Assembly (NCBI GenBank): GCA_012295275.1
Contig: CM022676.1
Location: forward strand, 3,968,001-4,032,000
From: Chrysomallon squamiferum
Lineage: Eukaryota > Animalia > Mollusca
Length of the DNA: 64,000 nt
Direction: 5' to 3'
This document shows positions 42,030 through 57,582 of this stretch, in pieces; the stretch's first letter is position 1; each line of letters opens with the position of its first letter. A model generated the notes under the pieces. It saw nothing but the letters and a program-made list of their open reading frames with translations. It was not told the DNA's origin and ran no database searches. Position numbers and translations under genes: made by a program.

Positions 42030-42860
42030 ACTGCTACTACAGCTACTACTACGACTATTAATAATACTAATATTAATACAACTGATACTACTACTACTAC
42101 TGATACTACTACTACTACTACTACTGTTACTACTACTGCTACTACTACTTACTGCTACTACTACTACTTCTACTACTACTGTTGCCACTACTACTATTAC
42201 TGTTACTGTTACTACTACTACTACTACTGTTGCCACTACTACTACTACTGCTACTACTGTTGCTACTACTACTACTACTACTACTACTACTGTTGCCACT
42301 ACTGCTACTACTGTTACTACTACTACTACTGTTACTACTACTACTACTACTACTGTTACTGTTGTTACTACTACTACTACTGTTGCCACTACTGCTACTA
42401 CTGTTGCTACTACTACTACTGCCTGCTACTACTGCTACTACTACTACTGCTACTGCTACTACTACTTGCCACTACTACTATTGCCACTACTACTGTTACT
42501 GCTGCTACTACTACTACTGCTACTACTACTGTTGCCACTACTACTACTACTGTTGCCACTACTGCTACTACTGTTACTGCTACTACTGCTACTGCTACTA
42601 CTGCTACTGCTAGTACTACTGTTGCCACTACTACTACTATTGCTACTGCTACTACTACTACTGCTACTACTACTGTTGCCACTACTACTACTACTACTAC
42701 TACTACTGTTGCCACTACTACTACTACTACTTCTACTACTACTGTTGCCACTACTACTACTACTGTTGCCACTATCACTACTACTGTTACTGCTACTACT
42801 ACTACTGCTACTACTACTGTTGCCACTACTACTGCTACTGTTACTGTAACTACTACTAGT
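42030..42860. repeat. Degenerate (CTA)n array punctuated by CTGTTGCCA
   Basis: Directly visible; gives spurious poly-T/Y/L ORFs. Confidence 0.85.
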
Positions 42861-43928
42861 GCTACTGTCAGTAGTGGAAATAGCAGTAACAGTGTATTAA
42901 TAGACACAGTCAGCATGGCAGTAGTTGTAGTAGCAGCAGTGGTTGCGGTGGTAGTAGCCCCAAATATTTTTGCATTCTTGAGCGCTTGCGTCAGTGTTTG
43001 GAATTCGTTAGTATTAGCCACAGCTGTGCTGATTAAACCAGTGATAACCACACAATGACTCACACAGGGACATTAAAGCACACACGTACACGCACGTACA
43101 CGCACGCAAACACACTGAGAAACGTGCTCAATGAAACAGTTTTAATGTACACGGGTGTTGAGAAAAAAAACCATTTAACTTGGAAGCTAAAACTTGAAAC
43201 ACTAGATTCATAATAAATAAAAAACAACAGATAAACAAACAAACAAACAAACAAACAAATAAATAAATAAATAAATAAATAAACAAAGTCTACAGTGATG
43301 ACACAATTTTGGCTTTACGATTTAAATTAATAATAAAATACATTTATAACTCAAATGTAATGTATTAATAATATGTGAAAAAAAAAAAAGAAAAAAAAAA
43401 GGTACAGTCAACATTCAAGATTGCAGAAATGCAGTAAAATAACTAACTAACTAGCTAACCAACTAACTAACTAACTAAATAAATAAATACAGATGATGAT
43501 AAAATAATAATAATAATAATAAGAGTAAGGAAGAAGAAGAAGAAGAACAGCATCAAGAACAATAAAATAAAATAATAAAAATTTAACTGTACAGTATAAA
43601 ACAGTAACTTTGTAAAATCTTCAAGAGTTCAGGCTAAAAGGGGATGACGTGAGATACCTTATATATCTCTCTGACTCACAATGGTTGAGGGTCAAGGACG
43701 TATGACTGTCAGGCCAGAGTTATACGCTTGTCACAGTAATACAATAGTGTATGTTACGTCGGTGCAGGTAAAGGTGCAGTACACACTGAGCGACATGTCG
43801 TACCGGACTGATAGATCCGACTGAATATAAGAGTGAACGTTTGAAGTGTGCGTAGATTAGGCTCAGTCGAATAATCATTTTAAAAAACGTTGATTTGTGT
43901 CTATAGTCAACAGTATTTAATTCACGTT

Positions 43929-43967
<39 letters not shown>

Positions 43968-44173
43968 ATTATTAGTAATAGTAGTAGTATTATTATTTCC
44001 AATTCATCAATATAAATGTGGTTACAGTTAATTTTGGTTGTTTTTAGTCTCCTTTTTAAATTTAATTTTTTTTTTTTCTATTGTGTTTTTTTAATTATTA
44101 TTATTATTATTATTATTATTGATTATTATTATTATTATTATTATTATTATCATTATTATTATTATTATTATTA

Positions 44174-44214
<41 letters not shown>

Positions 44215-44699
44215 TTGTAGTAACAGTGGCATAATTAATCGTTGTGCTGATGGGTTAATAGTAGAAGTAGTTGATGTAATTATGTAGTAGTCAAGGTAGT
44301 AGCTGTAGTAATAGTAGTAGTTGTAGCAGATGCAAAAAATCAGTATTTATGTTATTGTATAGTAGTAGTAGTTGTAGTAATAGTAGTTGCAGTAGTGGTC
44401 ATTATAATAGCAGCAGTAGTATCGATATAAAGGTAATAGCAAAATGGTCGTAGTAGTAGCAGCAGTAATAACTGTAGTAGTAGTAGAAGTGGTTGTTAGT
44501 TGTACAATAGTAGTAGTAGTAGTAGTAGTAGTAATAGTAATACTTGTAATTATAATAGTCGTGGATATAGTGCTACGTAGTAAGAACAGTGGTAGACATA
44601 GTATTTACTATTAGTAGGAACAGTAGTATTAGTAGTATTTGTAGTAGTAGTAGTAGTAGTAGTAATGGATGCAGTAGTAGTATCGGTAGAAATAGTGGT

Positions 44700-45282
44700 A
44701 GTAATACTATTATTATTAACATTAGTAGCAGTAATAGTAGTAGTAGTAGTGGTAACAGTAATAGTAATACTAGTATTATTATTATTAAAAGTAATAGTTA
44801 GTAGTAGTAGTAGCAGCAGTAGTAACAGTAGCAGTAATACTAGTATTATTATTATTAAAAGTAGTAGTAGTAGTAGCAGTAGCAGTAATACTAGTATTAT
44901 TATTATTAAAAGTAGTAGTAGTAGTAGTAGCAGTAGTAGTAGTAGTGATACTATTATTATTATTATTAATAGTAGTAGTAGTAGCAGCAGCAGCAGTAAT
45001 ACTAGTATTATTATTATTAAAAGTAGTAGTAGTAGTAGTAACAGTAGCAGTAGCAGTAATACCAGTATTATTATTATTAAAAGTAGTAGTAGTAGTAGTA
45101 GTAGTAGCAGTAGCAGTAATACTAGTATTATTATTATTAAAAGTAGTAGTAGTAGTAGTAGTAGCAGCGGTAGTAGTGACACTAGTATTATTATTATTAA
45201 AAGTAGTAGTAGTAGTAGTAGTAGTAGCAGTAGTAGTAATACAAGTATTATTATTATTAAAAGTAGTAGTAGTAGTAGTAGT

Positions 45283-45328
<46 letters not shown>

Positions 45329-45330
45329 TA
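44700..45330. repeat. ~55-60 bp higher-order minisatellite of (TAT)n/(AGT)n blocks
   Basis: Unit AATACTAGTATTATTATTATTAAAAGTAGTAGTAGT...AGCAGT repeated about ten times. Confidence 0.9.
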
Positions 45331-45852
45331 GTAGTAGTTGTCGTTCTGCTACTTATAATTCAGTAACAATAGTAGCATTAGTCTTAATTGTCGTACACGC
45401 AATGGAATGAATGTTCGTATATCTGTATCCGTGTACTGAATCCTTGTATCAATGACAGGATACACCTATATGTATGTGTACGTTTACGTGTGCACGTATA
45501 AAGTGCGTGGTGAACGTGCGTAGCGTGTGTGTGTGTGATGTGTGACATTTTTACACTTGTGGTTAACTGTTTGATTTTTCGTCTTTAAAATGATTAACGT
45601 CAACGTGACGAAATTCACATCATAATGTGTCTGAAATTTACATAATTTCTTTTACCAGTTTCCTACAGACTTTATATACAGATGATAGATAGATATGTGC
45701 ATATATATATATGTATGCATGTATATGTATGTATGTATGTATTATAATATTCATTCATTATTCATTCTTCTTCTTCTTCTTATTATTATTATACATGCTA
45801 TTAATAATATTGATAACAAACAATAACAAAAATAGTAATGGTGATGATGACG

Positions 45853-45899
<47 letters not shown>

Positions 45900-46869
45900 T
45901 CGTGATAATAATAGTAATAACAATAACAACAAGAAAAACAGCAAAAAGGAAGAAGACAATAAAATGCTGTGTCATTTATTTTCAAAAACATTTTTTTTTT
46001 TTTTTTTCTTTTCTTATTATTTTTTTTTCTTTTTAAAATTTACATTCACCTTCCTGAGTTCTTGAATTTTCGGCACGAATTTTTATTGACAGTGACAAAG
46101 CAAAAATTTTGCCGTTAATACATAAACAGAGCTTGGAATTTTGTTATTTCTACTGATGCCACTTGACCTAAAGAATGCAAGAAGAGCATTGCATGTTGAC
46201 GATGACGACGTTTACGTACTAAGATGTGACCCCGAACAAAGATTATACTAAATCTTGATCCCGAAAATATATCTTCTAATCAGTTAGATCAACAAATTTA
46301 AGGTGTGTATGTAAAATAAAAAAAAAATAAAATAAAATTATAAATAAATTATACAAATAATCCAACGACTCCGCCTTCGATAAATATTTTCGAACGTAAA
46401 GTACGTCGCTAATTAAAGAGATAGGGTTAACCACATACAAAAAGCGTAACGAACTTGCAAAAACCGGTGTGCAACGTGTATCATACGATCTCATTTGAAT
46501 ATATTAACAAAACTAAATTCCGAAGCGATGTGCACACTGAACTGGTATGTCATTCAGACGCAGATAATAATAATAATAAAAAATTTGATTGTCGAACAAT
46601 TTGATTGGTTAGGTGTGCAACGCTTATAGCTCGTTTGATTGGTCAGTTGTTTTAATGACGCGTTCGGTTGTTTTTCTGACCTTGTTCAAATAATGGTGCT
46701 CTCTTTTTTTTTGTGTGTGTGTGAAGATAACAATTCGGATAAGCGAGTGAAATGACGAAAACGAACGAAGTGACACTCGAATGTCCTCTTAGTGTTTTAC
46801 TTCTGTGCACATAATCACCTGAGTGCAAATTTCTTTCTCTGATTTTATCTATCACCTTCTACTTCTCAG

Positions 46870-46963
<94 letters not shown>

Positions 46964-48303
46964 ACTATCTTCCAGTCTGTTCTTTTATTTCTTGTGGCCT
47001 TTCTATCTACTGTAACTTTATCTGTAAAGTTCTCTGTGGTTTTGTTTTTATGTTGTTGTTTTTTTGTTCTTCTTTCTTTTTCTTTTTCTTTTCTGTCAGT
47101 CTCCTTTTTTTGTTGTTATTTCTTTTTTATTTTTTATTTTTTTTTCTTGGATAACATATATAATAGCAATGACATAATAACAATGACGATAGTAATAATA
47201 ATAATAAGAAGAAGAAGAAGAAAGAACGAACGAAAAGAAAGAAAAAAAAGAAGACACAACCAAACTTCAAAAAAATAAGTCATTTCAAAACGGTGACCAC
47301 ATAATTACACACTTCACAATTACGCCTGAAAACGTTTTTCTTTTTTCTTTTTTTTTTTCCCTATAAATATGTGAAATCGTGTATATCGGTAAGTACCCCT
47401 TAGTAGCAGTACTAAGTATACTAATAACGTACTAGAAGTTTCTTTCATCACAGACAATCAGTACATATCTAGCTACGTGAGGAATGTATCATAGTCAGTA
47501 CATGTGTAATATCAACTCGTATCGTATCAGGGGATTTGTGTGTGTAAACGATACAGAGACAGCTGTCAATCGAAATGGAGATAACCGTTACAGATAGAAA
47601 GATAGAGAATAGTGGGATGTACGTGTGTATGTGCGTGTCAGGCGGGCGCGCGAGTGTGCATGCGAAGGTGCAAACGTGTATGTGTTGGTTGTGTGTGTGT
47701 GTGTGTGAGTGTGTGCGTGTTCATGCTTGAATATATGATATGATTATCGATATTTGTTTTGTTCTAAATTTTCAAGAATAACAGTAAACAACACTGACAG
47801 CAATAATGACGATGATGATGATGAAGATACTACTACTACTACTACTACTACTACTAATAATAATAATAAGAAGAAGAAGAAGAAGAAGAAGAAGTTGAAG
47901 AAAAATACAGAAGAATAACATAATACCAACAACAACAACAGCAACAGCAACAACAACGACAACATCAACATTCACTGCATTCCAAAAGCATAATTATTAA
48001 AAAAAAGTTAAAAGGTAAAGAATTTAAATTTACGTCGTAATCTATTAAAATAAAATAAAATCCCAAAAATGTTTTTAATAAATCATTCGTAATTTACCAA
48101 AAACGCGGACGTAAGTGACACCTTATTTAAATTAAAAAAAAAAAAAAAAAAATTTAAAATTTAAAAAAAAAAAAAAAAAAAAATAAAGAAAAAAAAGAAA
48201 GTAAAGAAAAACTAACAAAAGAAAGAAAGAAGGAAAAAAAAAATATTGATAACATCTCTTTAAAATTATCGCAAACAATCAATCTGTCAATCATCCAGCC
48301 ATT

Positions 48304-48350
48304 GATGACGTCATCGCATTCTTTGGACGGGCGTCGACCAATGGGCGTGC
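48304..48350. promoter_or_regulatory. Promoter/enhancer-like module: extended CRE palindrome, CCAAT and GC-box-like motifs
   Basis: GATGACGTCATC 48304-48315, GACCAATG and GGGCGT nearby in a CpG-rich island; no linked gene identified. Confidence 0.4.
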
Positions 48351-49421
48351 GTATTTCGAGCCAGCTACCTGACAGAGGTCTCGTGCCACGGTTATCAACT
48401 TTAAAACCTCCTTGTTATTAATTTCGGTGCGAGAGTTCATTTACCAAGGGTCAATCAGGTGCAGATTGTCCCTGAGCCAGCGAGTTGTAATATATGATGC
48501 ACCTGTGCTGGTGAAAAGTGATATAATTTATGACATTTCTTTTATATATATTTTTTTATTTAATCTCCTTTGTCACTCGAGAGATGTATGCGTGCTAATG
48601 CGTAGTTCAGTGTGTGTCTGACTGTATTTATAATTGAGTATGTATGTAATATCGTAATTTGTTGCGATTTATTATTTTTGTTAATATTATATACATCTGT
48701 ATGTGTGTGTGTGTGTGTTTGTATATATATGTGTATGTATGTTTTTATTACTAGTACCATTACTACTACAAAAGATACTACAACCACGAGTACTACTATT
48801 ACTAGAAACATATCACTACTTCTAATACTAAAACTAGTTCTATTACTACTACTTCTAGAGTTACTGCCACTTCCATTATATCATTATTTCTATTAGTATT
48901 ACTAATTACTACTACTTCAGCTATTACTACTACACTCACACACTACTACTACTACTACTACTAATACTACTACTACTACCTCTCCTATCTCTATAATTAT
49001 TTCTATTCAATGTTTCTCTATTTTCTAAGAAAAATGATAATTTCAGTAAAGTCATTATAATGGGTTTTTGTTTTTTTCGTATTTCATATATTGGTATGTG
49101 TGCGTGCGTGAAATACATTTTCTTTTCGATAACCATTTTTGTACAAATATCACAGGACATCTACGACATGCACCTCGACACGATGTCAACATCAAAGAAA
49201 CGACGTCTACTTTCACAAGTGAATCATTTCGAAAAATGCGTGAGCTCTTTTGAACCGGCTCAAACGTTTTGCCAACATACGTCATCATATTATAACTCTA
49301 ACAATCGGGGCTTGCATTGAATATCTCTGAAACGTTTATCAGTATATCAAGAAATTAAATCGTGGTATTTTTCAAAAAGGAAAAAAAAAGAAAAGAAAAG
49401 AAAGCTTAAATAACAGAAACG

Positions 49422-49456
<35 letters not shown>

Positions 49457-50139
49457 TTCCGTATGTGCGCACAATACGTCATATAATCTATTACCATGAC
49501 GATCACTTAATTTTATGACGTGTGAAGTATCAGTTACTACCCTTTTGTATTTTACAGGGCGGGCAGGGAACGTAGACAGTTAAATTTTTCGTCATTATTA
49601 CTGTGACGGGCAGATAGAGGGTTTCTGTAAAGGGGCACTTTTCTAATATCACTAATACAAAAATCTTCTTACTACGACTGTTGCAACAACTTCTTCTACA
49701 GTAATACCATTACTACTGCTGTCGCTGCTACTACCACTACTACTACTACAATTACTATTACTACGGCTACTTTTAACTACTAGTAGTAGTACTATTACTA
49801 CGACTACAACTACTATTACTAATACTGCTAGTACCACTACTGTTACTAACTAGGGTTACTTTTGCCGTTCTTCGTCTTCTTTTGGTTGTTCTTATAACCA
49901 TCTTTATCATCACAAACATTATTATTATTATTATTATTGTTGTTGTTGTTGTTGTTGTTGTTGTTATTGTTGCTGTTGTTTTTGTTGATGATGGCGTTGT
50001 TCTGTCTGTTATTGTTATTACTTTTAAAGCAACTCACTTTAAGTTATATCATTATGCAAACCAATTTAATTTTCCTCTGTATTGGTACACGTATTTTACA
50101 AGAATAATAATAAAATATATATCTATGTATGTATTTATG

Positions 50140-50199
<60 letters not shown>

Positions 50200-50203
50200 T
50201 TAT

Positions 50204-50248
<45 letters not shown>

Positions 50249-50486
50249 CATAACGATTACAATAATAATAATGACTAAACCGACGACAACAACATCATAA
50301 CGACGACGTCAACAACAACAACGACAGCGTCACTACTCTCTTTAATTCAAAATTATCGGAATGTGGTTGAACAAAAGTTCATTGATTGGGATTATCAGAC
50401 TTAGAGATGAAAACAAACAGTGTAATCTGCTTCGTGACGTCGTAGGGTGTGGACAGATAACTAATATTCTTACACATATCAACACT

Positions 50487-51320
50487 CAGGGGCGGGTCCA
50501 GGGAGGGGAACATTCTGAACCCCTCTCTCAAAATTCTTAGACAACAGCATACATAGATATATACATACATAGATACATACATAGATACATACATAGATAC
50601 ATACATACATACATAGATACATACATACATACATACATACATAGATACATACATACATACATACATAGATATATATATATATATATATAAATACATACAT
50701 AGATAGATACATACATACATACATACATACATAAATACATAGATACATACATACATAAATACATACATACATATATACATAGATACATACATACATACAT
50801 AGATACATACATACATAGATACATACATGCATACATACATACATAGATACATACATACATACAAACATACATACATAAACAGATACATAGATACATACAT
50901 GCATACATAGATAGATACATAGATACATACATACATACATAGATATATACATACATAGATACATAGATACATAGATACATACATATATACACACACACAC
51001 ACACATATATATGTGTATATGTATTTATGTGAGTGTGTGTGTGAGTATATATATACATGAATATATGTGTATGTGTGTATTTGTGTGTGTATATATTATT
51101 ATCATTATTACTATTATTATTATTAGTAGTAGTAGTAGTAGTAGTATTTTATTAATTATTTATTTATTTACTTATTTATTTATTTATTTATTTTATTTTA
51201 TTATTTTCTAATAATTAAGCGGATTTCATACACAGAATTTTCTTAAGTTATTTCATGATGACGCCCCACCCCCTACTCCCTATCCCCACCCCGTAACGTG
51301 GGTTTCGGTGTCCGCCCCTG
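50487..51320. mobile_element. Possible decayed non-autonomous DNA transposon with CAGGGGCGG termini, filled with (TACA)n
   Basis: CAGGGGCGG at 50487-50495 and CCGCCCCTG at 51312-51320 with GC-rich subterminal patches; no clear target-site duplication. Confidence 0.35.
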
Positions 51321-51726
51321 GTGTCTATATTAAATTATATTTGATACGTGAATACGATAGCTTATCACGTACTCAAGTGCGCATGTCTGAGGGATGTGGT
51401 AGGTCATTGTTTAGGCGAGGAAGTAATGTCAGTACATAAGATTATTAATTTTTTTTTTTTTGTTAAATCTTTTTTTGTTCTTTATTTGCTATTGTGCAAT
51501 AGGGTGCAAAGATAAGTCAGTACACGATGTTAAAAGTTTCGTAACCAAAATTCCATTTGTAATAATTATAATGATAGTCATGATAATGACAATGATGATG
51601 ATGATGATGATGATACAACAATGTAGTTTTGAAATTAGTGGGATGGTATTATTATTCACAAGTAATAGGGCCACTTAATAATGTCACTAATTTATTCATT
51701 GTACAGATATTTAAAATAATGAATCT

Positions 51727-51819
<93 letters not shown>

Positions 51820-51882
51820 ACAATGAACGTACATATTTATGAATTATATACATGTATATACATTTGTGTGTGTATGTTTTTA

Positions 51883-51962
<80 letters not shown>

Positions 51963-53364
51963 GTGTGTGTGTGTGTGTATATGTGTAAATATGTTTATAT
52001 ATGTGTCTGCATGGATCTATATATAAATATATATGTTTGTATATGTGTATATATGTCCTATCTCTATTTGTATGCTTGTTTGTGTTTATGTCGGTCTTTA
52101 TATCATTCTGTGTGTCTACCTATCTACTTATATCAATCTCTCTCGGCATTTCCTTATGTCAGCATAACTTCAAACCACAGAATCTTTAACAACTTGTTTA
52201 TTGTGCCAGGTACATGTATTACGAAATCATATATCTGCAATTATTCAACATGGCTAACAATATTACCCTTTTTCTTCTTCTTTTTTTTTTTTTTTTTTTT
52301 TTTTCTTCTCTCAAAAAAGAAAAGAAAAAGAAAACGAAAAGAAAAGAAAAGAAAAAAAAAAAAAAACGAACGGAAACGGCAACACAATCAACAAAGTGTT
52401 ACTACACATTTAAACTTTTTTCCTGGCAGATAATACAACCCACATTCTACAATAACCGTCAACCATTATAAATTTCTTCCTTTTTCTTTTCTTCTTTTTT
52501 TTTTTTAAAAAAGGAAGACAAAGACCACAGTGTCGCCAACAACGTCTGTTAGAATCAGCAACGACCGTAACGTTACAAAGACGTCGTTGTGTTTTTCTAT
52601 ACCGTCACTTACAGCCCGAGTACGACAAAAGAAAGTTGTCGATCGTAAATAGACGCAAAGAGTCGTAAACGAAGATGTTTTAAATAGTGAAAACGAAACA
52701 CACGACCGTTTGTACTGGGTCGGACAGACGTTCTTGTTACTACTGTTCCTTGTCGCTCTTGTGTTTGAGAAATTACTCAATTTATGACACCTTTTCTTTC
52801 GTTCTTTTCTTCTTCCGTTAACTTAGCAGAGAAAAGCGTATCTATTCTTTCGTTAATAACAGATCAAAATGGAGTCCGGGCGCAACCGAAAGTAAAGTTT
52901 AAAAAAAAACCACAACGTTTAAATTGTTCTGGATCGGAGACAGAACTGGTATTGTTTGCGAATGAAAACCGTTAATAATAATAATCGTTCAGTTTGACAA
53001 AGTTGTCGTTTAAAATTCCCGTGACTAAAATTGTATGATTATTACCGTCGTGCTTCGTTGAGTCAATGGGATTACCTCCCTTTGTCAGACTCTTTTCTGT
53101 GTGAGAGGAGGGAAGTGACAGACACGGATGTTTGAACTGATGGTGGTCCGCAAACAGAAGAGCTGAAGACGGGGAGCTAACTGTGTGTGGTTTATTGTTA
53201 GTGCACCCGACAGCCGTAGTTTTATTGAGTTCATTTTTTCTTCTTCTTCTTTTTTTTTTCGTTAATTCTTTCTTTCTTTCTTTCTTTCTTTCTTTAATGG
53301 ATCACACCACCCGATAACATACAATGTGTGTGTTTGTGTGTGTGTGTGTGCTTTAGATAGATAT

Positions 53365-53409
<45 letters not shown>

Positions 53410-54108
53410 CAGATAGAAAGATACACAGATAGATAGATAGATAGATAGAGAGATAGACAGACAGATGACAAACAAGATCCATGAACAATAAAAAAAAACA
53501 TACTTTCTGAATACGACATATTAAGATATTAGTGAAATATATATTTAAATTCAAAGTAAACATTTATAGACTGGAATGAAGTAAAAATGCAAAGTAGAAA
53601 TACATAATGGACCCTGTATGTATTATTATTGCTCTAATATCTATGTTTACGTGAGATCAAATAAATGTCAATATATAATTAAATTTATTTATTTGTTATT
53701 TTCATTTTTCTTTATTTATATTTATCCTCCTCATCATCATAATGATAACTTACAGTTATTTTTATTGCTATTGTTATTGCTATTATTATTATTATTATTA
53801 TTATTATTATCATCATCATCATCATCATTATTATTATCATTATTGTTATTACACAGTAACATCCTTTCCTTTAATTCGTTTTTATATTCATTCTTCTTTC
53901 TATCCATCTTTTATTAATATCTTCCTTATTTAATCTCTATTTTGTTTCTTTGTTCTTTCTTTTTTCTTTGATTCTGCTTTTTCTTTTCATCTCCTAACTT
54001 TTTTCTTTTCTTCTTTTTTCTTTTTCTTTTCTTTTTTTTTTGAATGGTTTTTAATTTAAAATATAAACACTCCAACATGGTGCAACAATTTTGCTCACAG
54101 CGGGGGAG

Positions 54109-54142
<34 letters not shown>

Positions 54143-54665
54143 TCTACACTTTGCAAACTTGGTGTCGTCTGCTTTCAACAAAAGCCGTCTGCTTTTCAGC
54201 CTGATTGTCGTCTGCTCGCCTAAAAGACACGTTTACACAAACCCTGCTTAACAATTCATTTAGATACTTAGACATCATCTACTTCATACCACCGTCAGCA
54301 ACAACGACCGTCTCAACAAAAAAAAAAAAAAAAAAGGTTTTCTCAAGTGGATGATAATAATTGCAATAATTCAAAGATGGCGCCTGGCATGCGGATTAAT
54401 AAACGACTTAAACAGGCTTGGCCTAATTTATAGTTTACCTTTTTTTTTTTTTTTAATGAATAGATCAGACTATGCTCATTAAAATACCACTACGGGTGAT
54501 TTCTTTGATCGTGTCCCTGGTTAGAAGCTGACACCCATACAGACCAGGGTATCAAGTAACACGTGTGTTAAGATGCATGAGAGCTGTTCGTTTGACAGAT
54601 CAGAGTAGTCGAAGCATTACCGGAATTAGACACTTATTATTATTATTATAATTTATTTTCTGTTT

Positions 54666-54718
<53 letters not shown>

Positions 54719-55246
54719 GTTGTTAATATTTTTAAAATGTATTATTATTATGATTATTATTATTATGATTATTGTCATTATTATTATTATTATTATTATT
54801 ATCATTATTATTATTATTATTATTATTGTTGTCATTATTATTTTAAAAATGTGTTGTTATTATTATTATTATTATTGTTGTTGTTGTTGTTGTTGTTGTT
54901 ATTTGTTGTATTTATTATTTATTTATTTATTATTATTTACCTTACATGCATTACTATTATTAAATACAATAATCCGTGTTTTTGTGTGTGTGAATGCGCA
55001 CGCACGAGACAGTTCTGCGTACATGTGTGTGTAAGAGAGAAACAGACACAACAAGTAACAGAGACATCATTATAAATAGATAAAGAGACACGTGAAAGAC
55101 AGACAGACAGACAGACAAAAAGAGAGATGGAGTAACTGACTGATTGAAAATAGCCATATTAATAGCGTAACTTCTTTTATAACAGACATTAACATTACGA
55201 ACTCTAGCTTTAGAGACAGACAGACAGACAGTGAAAAAAGTATAAT

Positions 55247-55367
55247 TCAGTAAGACTGTTTCTTTTATCACAGACACCTTCGTTAATGTTAAGATTAGAG
55301 ACAGAGAAAAAAGTCTAACTCAGTAAGATTGTTTCTGTTATCATAGACACCTTCGTTAATGTTAAGA
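55247..55367. repeat. 48-bp direct repeat, two copies 73 bp apart
   Basis: TCAGTAAGAYTGTTTCTKTTATCAYAGACACCTTCGTTAATGTTAAGA twice. Confidence 0.8.
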
Positions 55368-56047
55368 ACTTCGATGAATACGATCATGTTATGTCAAACA
55401 AACCACAAAACGATACCTAACTGTATTTAGATTCAGAAATTAAAACTCTGAGCATTCAGTTGTTTAATAAGCTAAACGGTAATTGTATTTGACACATTAT
55501 GTTTAGTAGTAGCCGTAGCAATAGCAATAGCAATAGTAGTAGTAGTAGTAGTAGTAGCAGCAGTGGTAGTAATCGTCGTGATAGCAGTAGTACACAAACA
55601 AACAAAAATAAATAAATAAATAAATAATGACATGCAACGCACAAACGTCAGTTTAGGAAAATGAAGACAGTACACACACACTGGCAGACACACACACTGA
55701 CAGACACACACACTGACAGACACACACACAGACATACACACACTGACAGACACACACACACACATACAGACACACACACAGACAGACACACACACACACT
55801 AACAGACACACACACACACAGAGACAAAAATGAATCAAACACCCACAAAGTCAGAGAGATACACCTGCAAACACAAATCTAATTAATTCACCTTTTCGTA
55901 CAGGTGACTAATTTCCATCAAGAGATTACACGGAAAGGCTGGGGTCTCATCCGAAAATGACAAATAAATTCATTTTTTTTTATTATTATTTTTTTTTATT
56001 CAAAAATCTCAGCGCTATCAACAACAATGTGATCGCACTATTAAACC

Positions 56048-56083
<36 letters not shown>

Positions 56084-56835
56084 CAGTTAAAATTTAAATT
56101 GTTCTTACATCTTTCTTCGTTTGTTGTTGTTATTATTATGTGGGTGGCAGAACAAAGTGCGTAGAAAAAGCAAATGAGAGAGTCAGAGACACACACACAC
56201 AGAGAGAGACAGAGAGACAGAGACTGATATTATCTGAACGCATGAATAAGTAGTCTGTATGAAATCTTCACTACGCCATTTTGCGGTTTTCTTAAGTACT
56301 CTGTCACCTCAGTTTAAGAAAAGAAAAAAAAATGATAATAAAATAAAAACGTACCTGCGATTGAAGGCCATTGTGATTGACACGCTTCAGTGCGTATCGA
56401 AGTAATGTCGCTGTTTACCTTACCGAAGTGGAGTTAAATGTGGGTCACATTGTTCCTGGGGCGTCGAGGTTGGGACGATAGAGTTTGCGTCCTGTTCAGA
56501 TTTGTCGAAATGTTATTTCTTTAAGCGGAATTCTTCGTTTCTTTTTCTTTTTCCTTTTGTTTTTTTCTTCTTTTTTGGTTTCAGTTTCTTTTTCTATCTA
56601 TCTATTTTTTCGTTTTCTTCTTTATTGATTTACATTTTATTTTATTTTGGATTATATAATATTGTGTTATGTCATGTCGTGTTATGTTATGTTATATTAT
56701 ATTATATTGTATTATGTTATTTACACAAGTGTTTGTAAAGTATATGCACATATACGTTAATGCGAGTATACCTGTTTATCTATCGACACACAAACGTTCA
56801 CATAAATATACACAAATTTACTGCAGTTCATACAC

Positions 56836-56926
<91 letters not shown>

Positions 56927-57550
56927 CCCTTTGTTTTACTCTCCTATGTATTTCCGTATCTTCGTTCGTCAGTTTTTTCTTAACCGCAGTAGGTGAGATG
57001 AAGTCGCACCCACAATTCTACGAAGTCCAAACACATAAATTTCTTTTCTACATAAAAGTAACTATTAAAATTTCTTTTTTACACCCACAGATGTAATTAT
57101 GAGCAAACCGCAACATCGTAGATGTCAGTTTTTTGTCTTGACGTGTGAATGAGAGAGAACAATAGAAAGACAACCATAGGCATACTAGTGGTGGACAGGG
57201 AGAGAGAGAGAGAGAGAGATAGAGAGAGAACAAAAAACCCAACAAAAACAAAACAGCGAGCAACAATTCACAAACACGAATATTCAAATTTCCTATTTCA
57301 ATTACGACAGTTACACAATCTCTCAGACAGCGAGCGATCAGTGCGTTTTACTTCTAGTTTAAATTGAGAAATTAGCTCAACACGAAAGAAATCTTTGTCC
57401 TGGTTTCTGAACCGTCGGTGACAAATACTACTAAACACTCTTCATAGTCTGATGGGCAGCCCTTGAGTTAGTTTGAGGAGCGGACACCGGACACAGGAAT
57501 AGAACTGTTATTTGGGAGACCTGAGATCGAGATCGGGTCCCGAAAGTGGA

Positions 57551-57582
<32 letters not shown>

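Noticed and set aside
42003-43063. 351-aa Thr-rich mucin-like ORF
   Set aside because: (CTA)n-derived repeat open in several frames, with no signal peptide or splice support.
44550-45366. Repetitive S/I/K or poly-Leu ORFs; CRISPR-like periodicity
   Set aside because: Minisatellite without unique spacers in a eukaryotic context.
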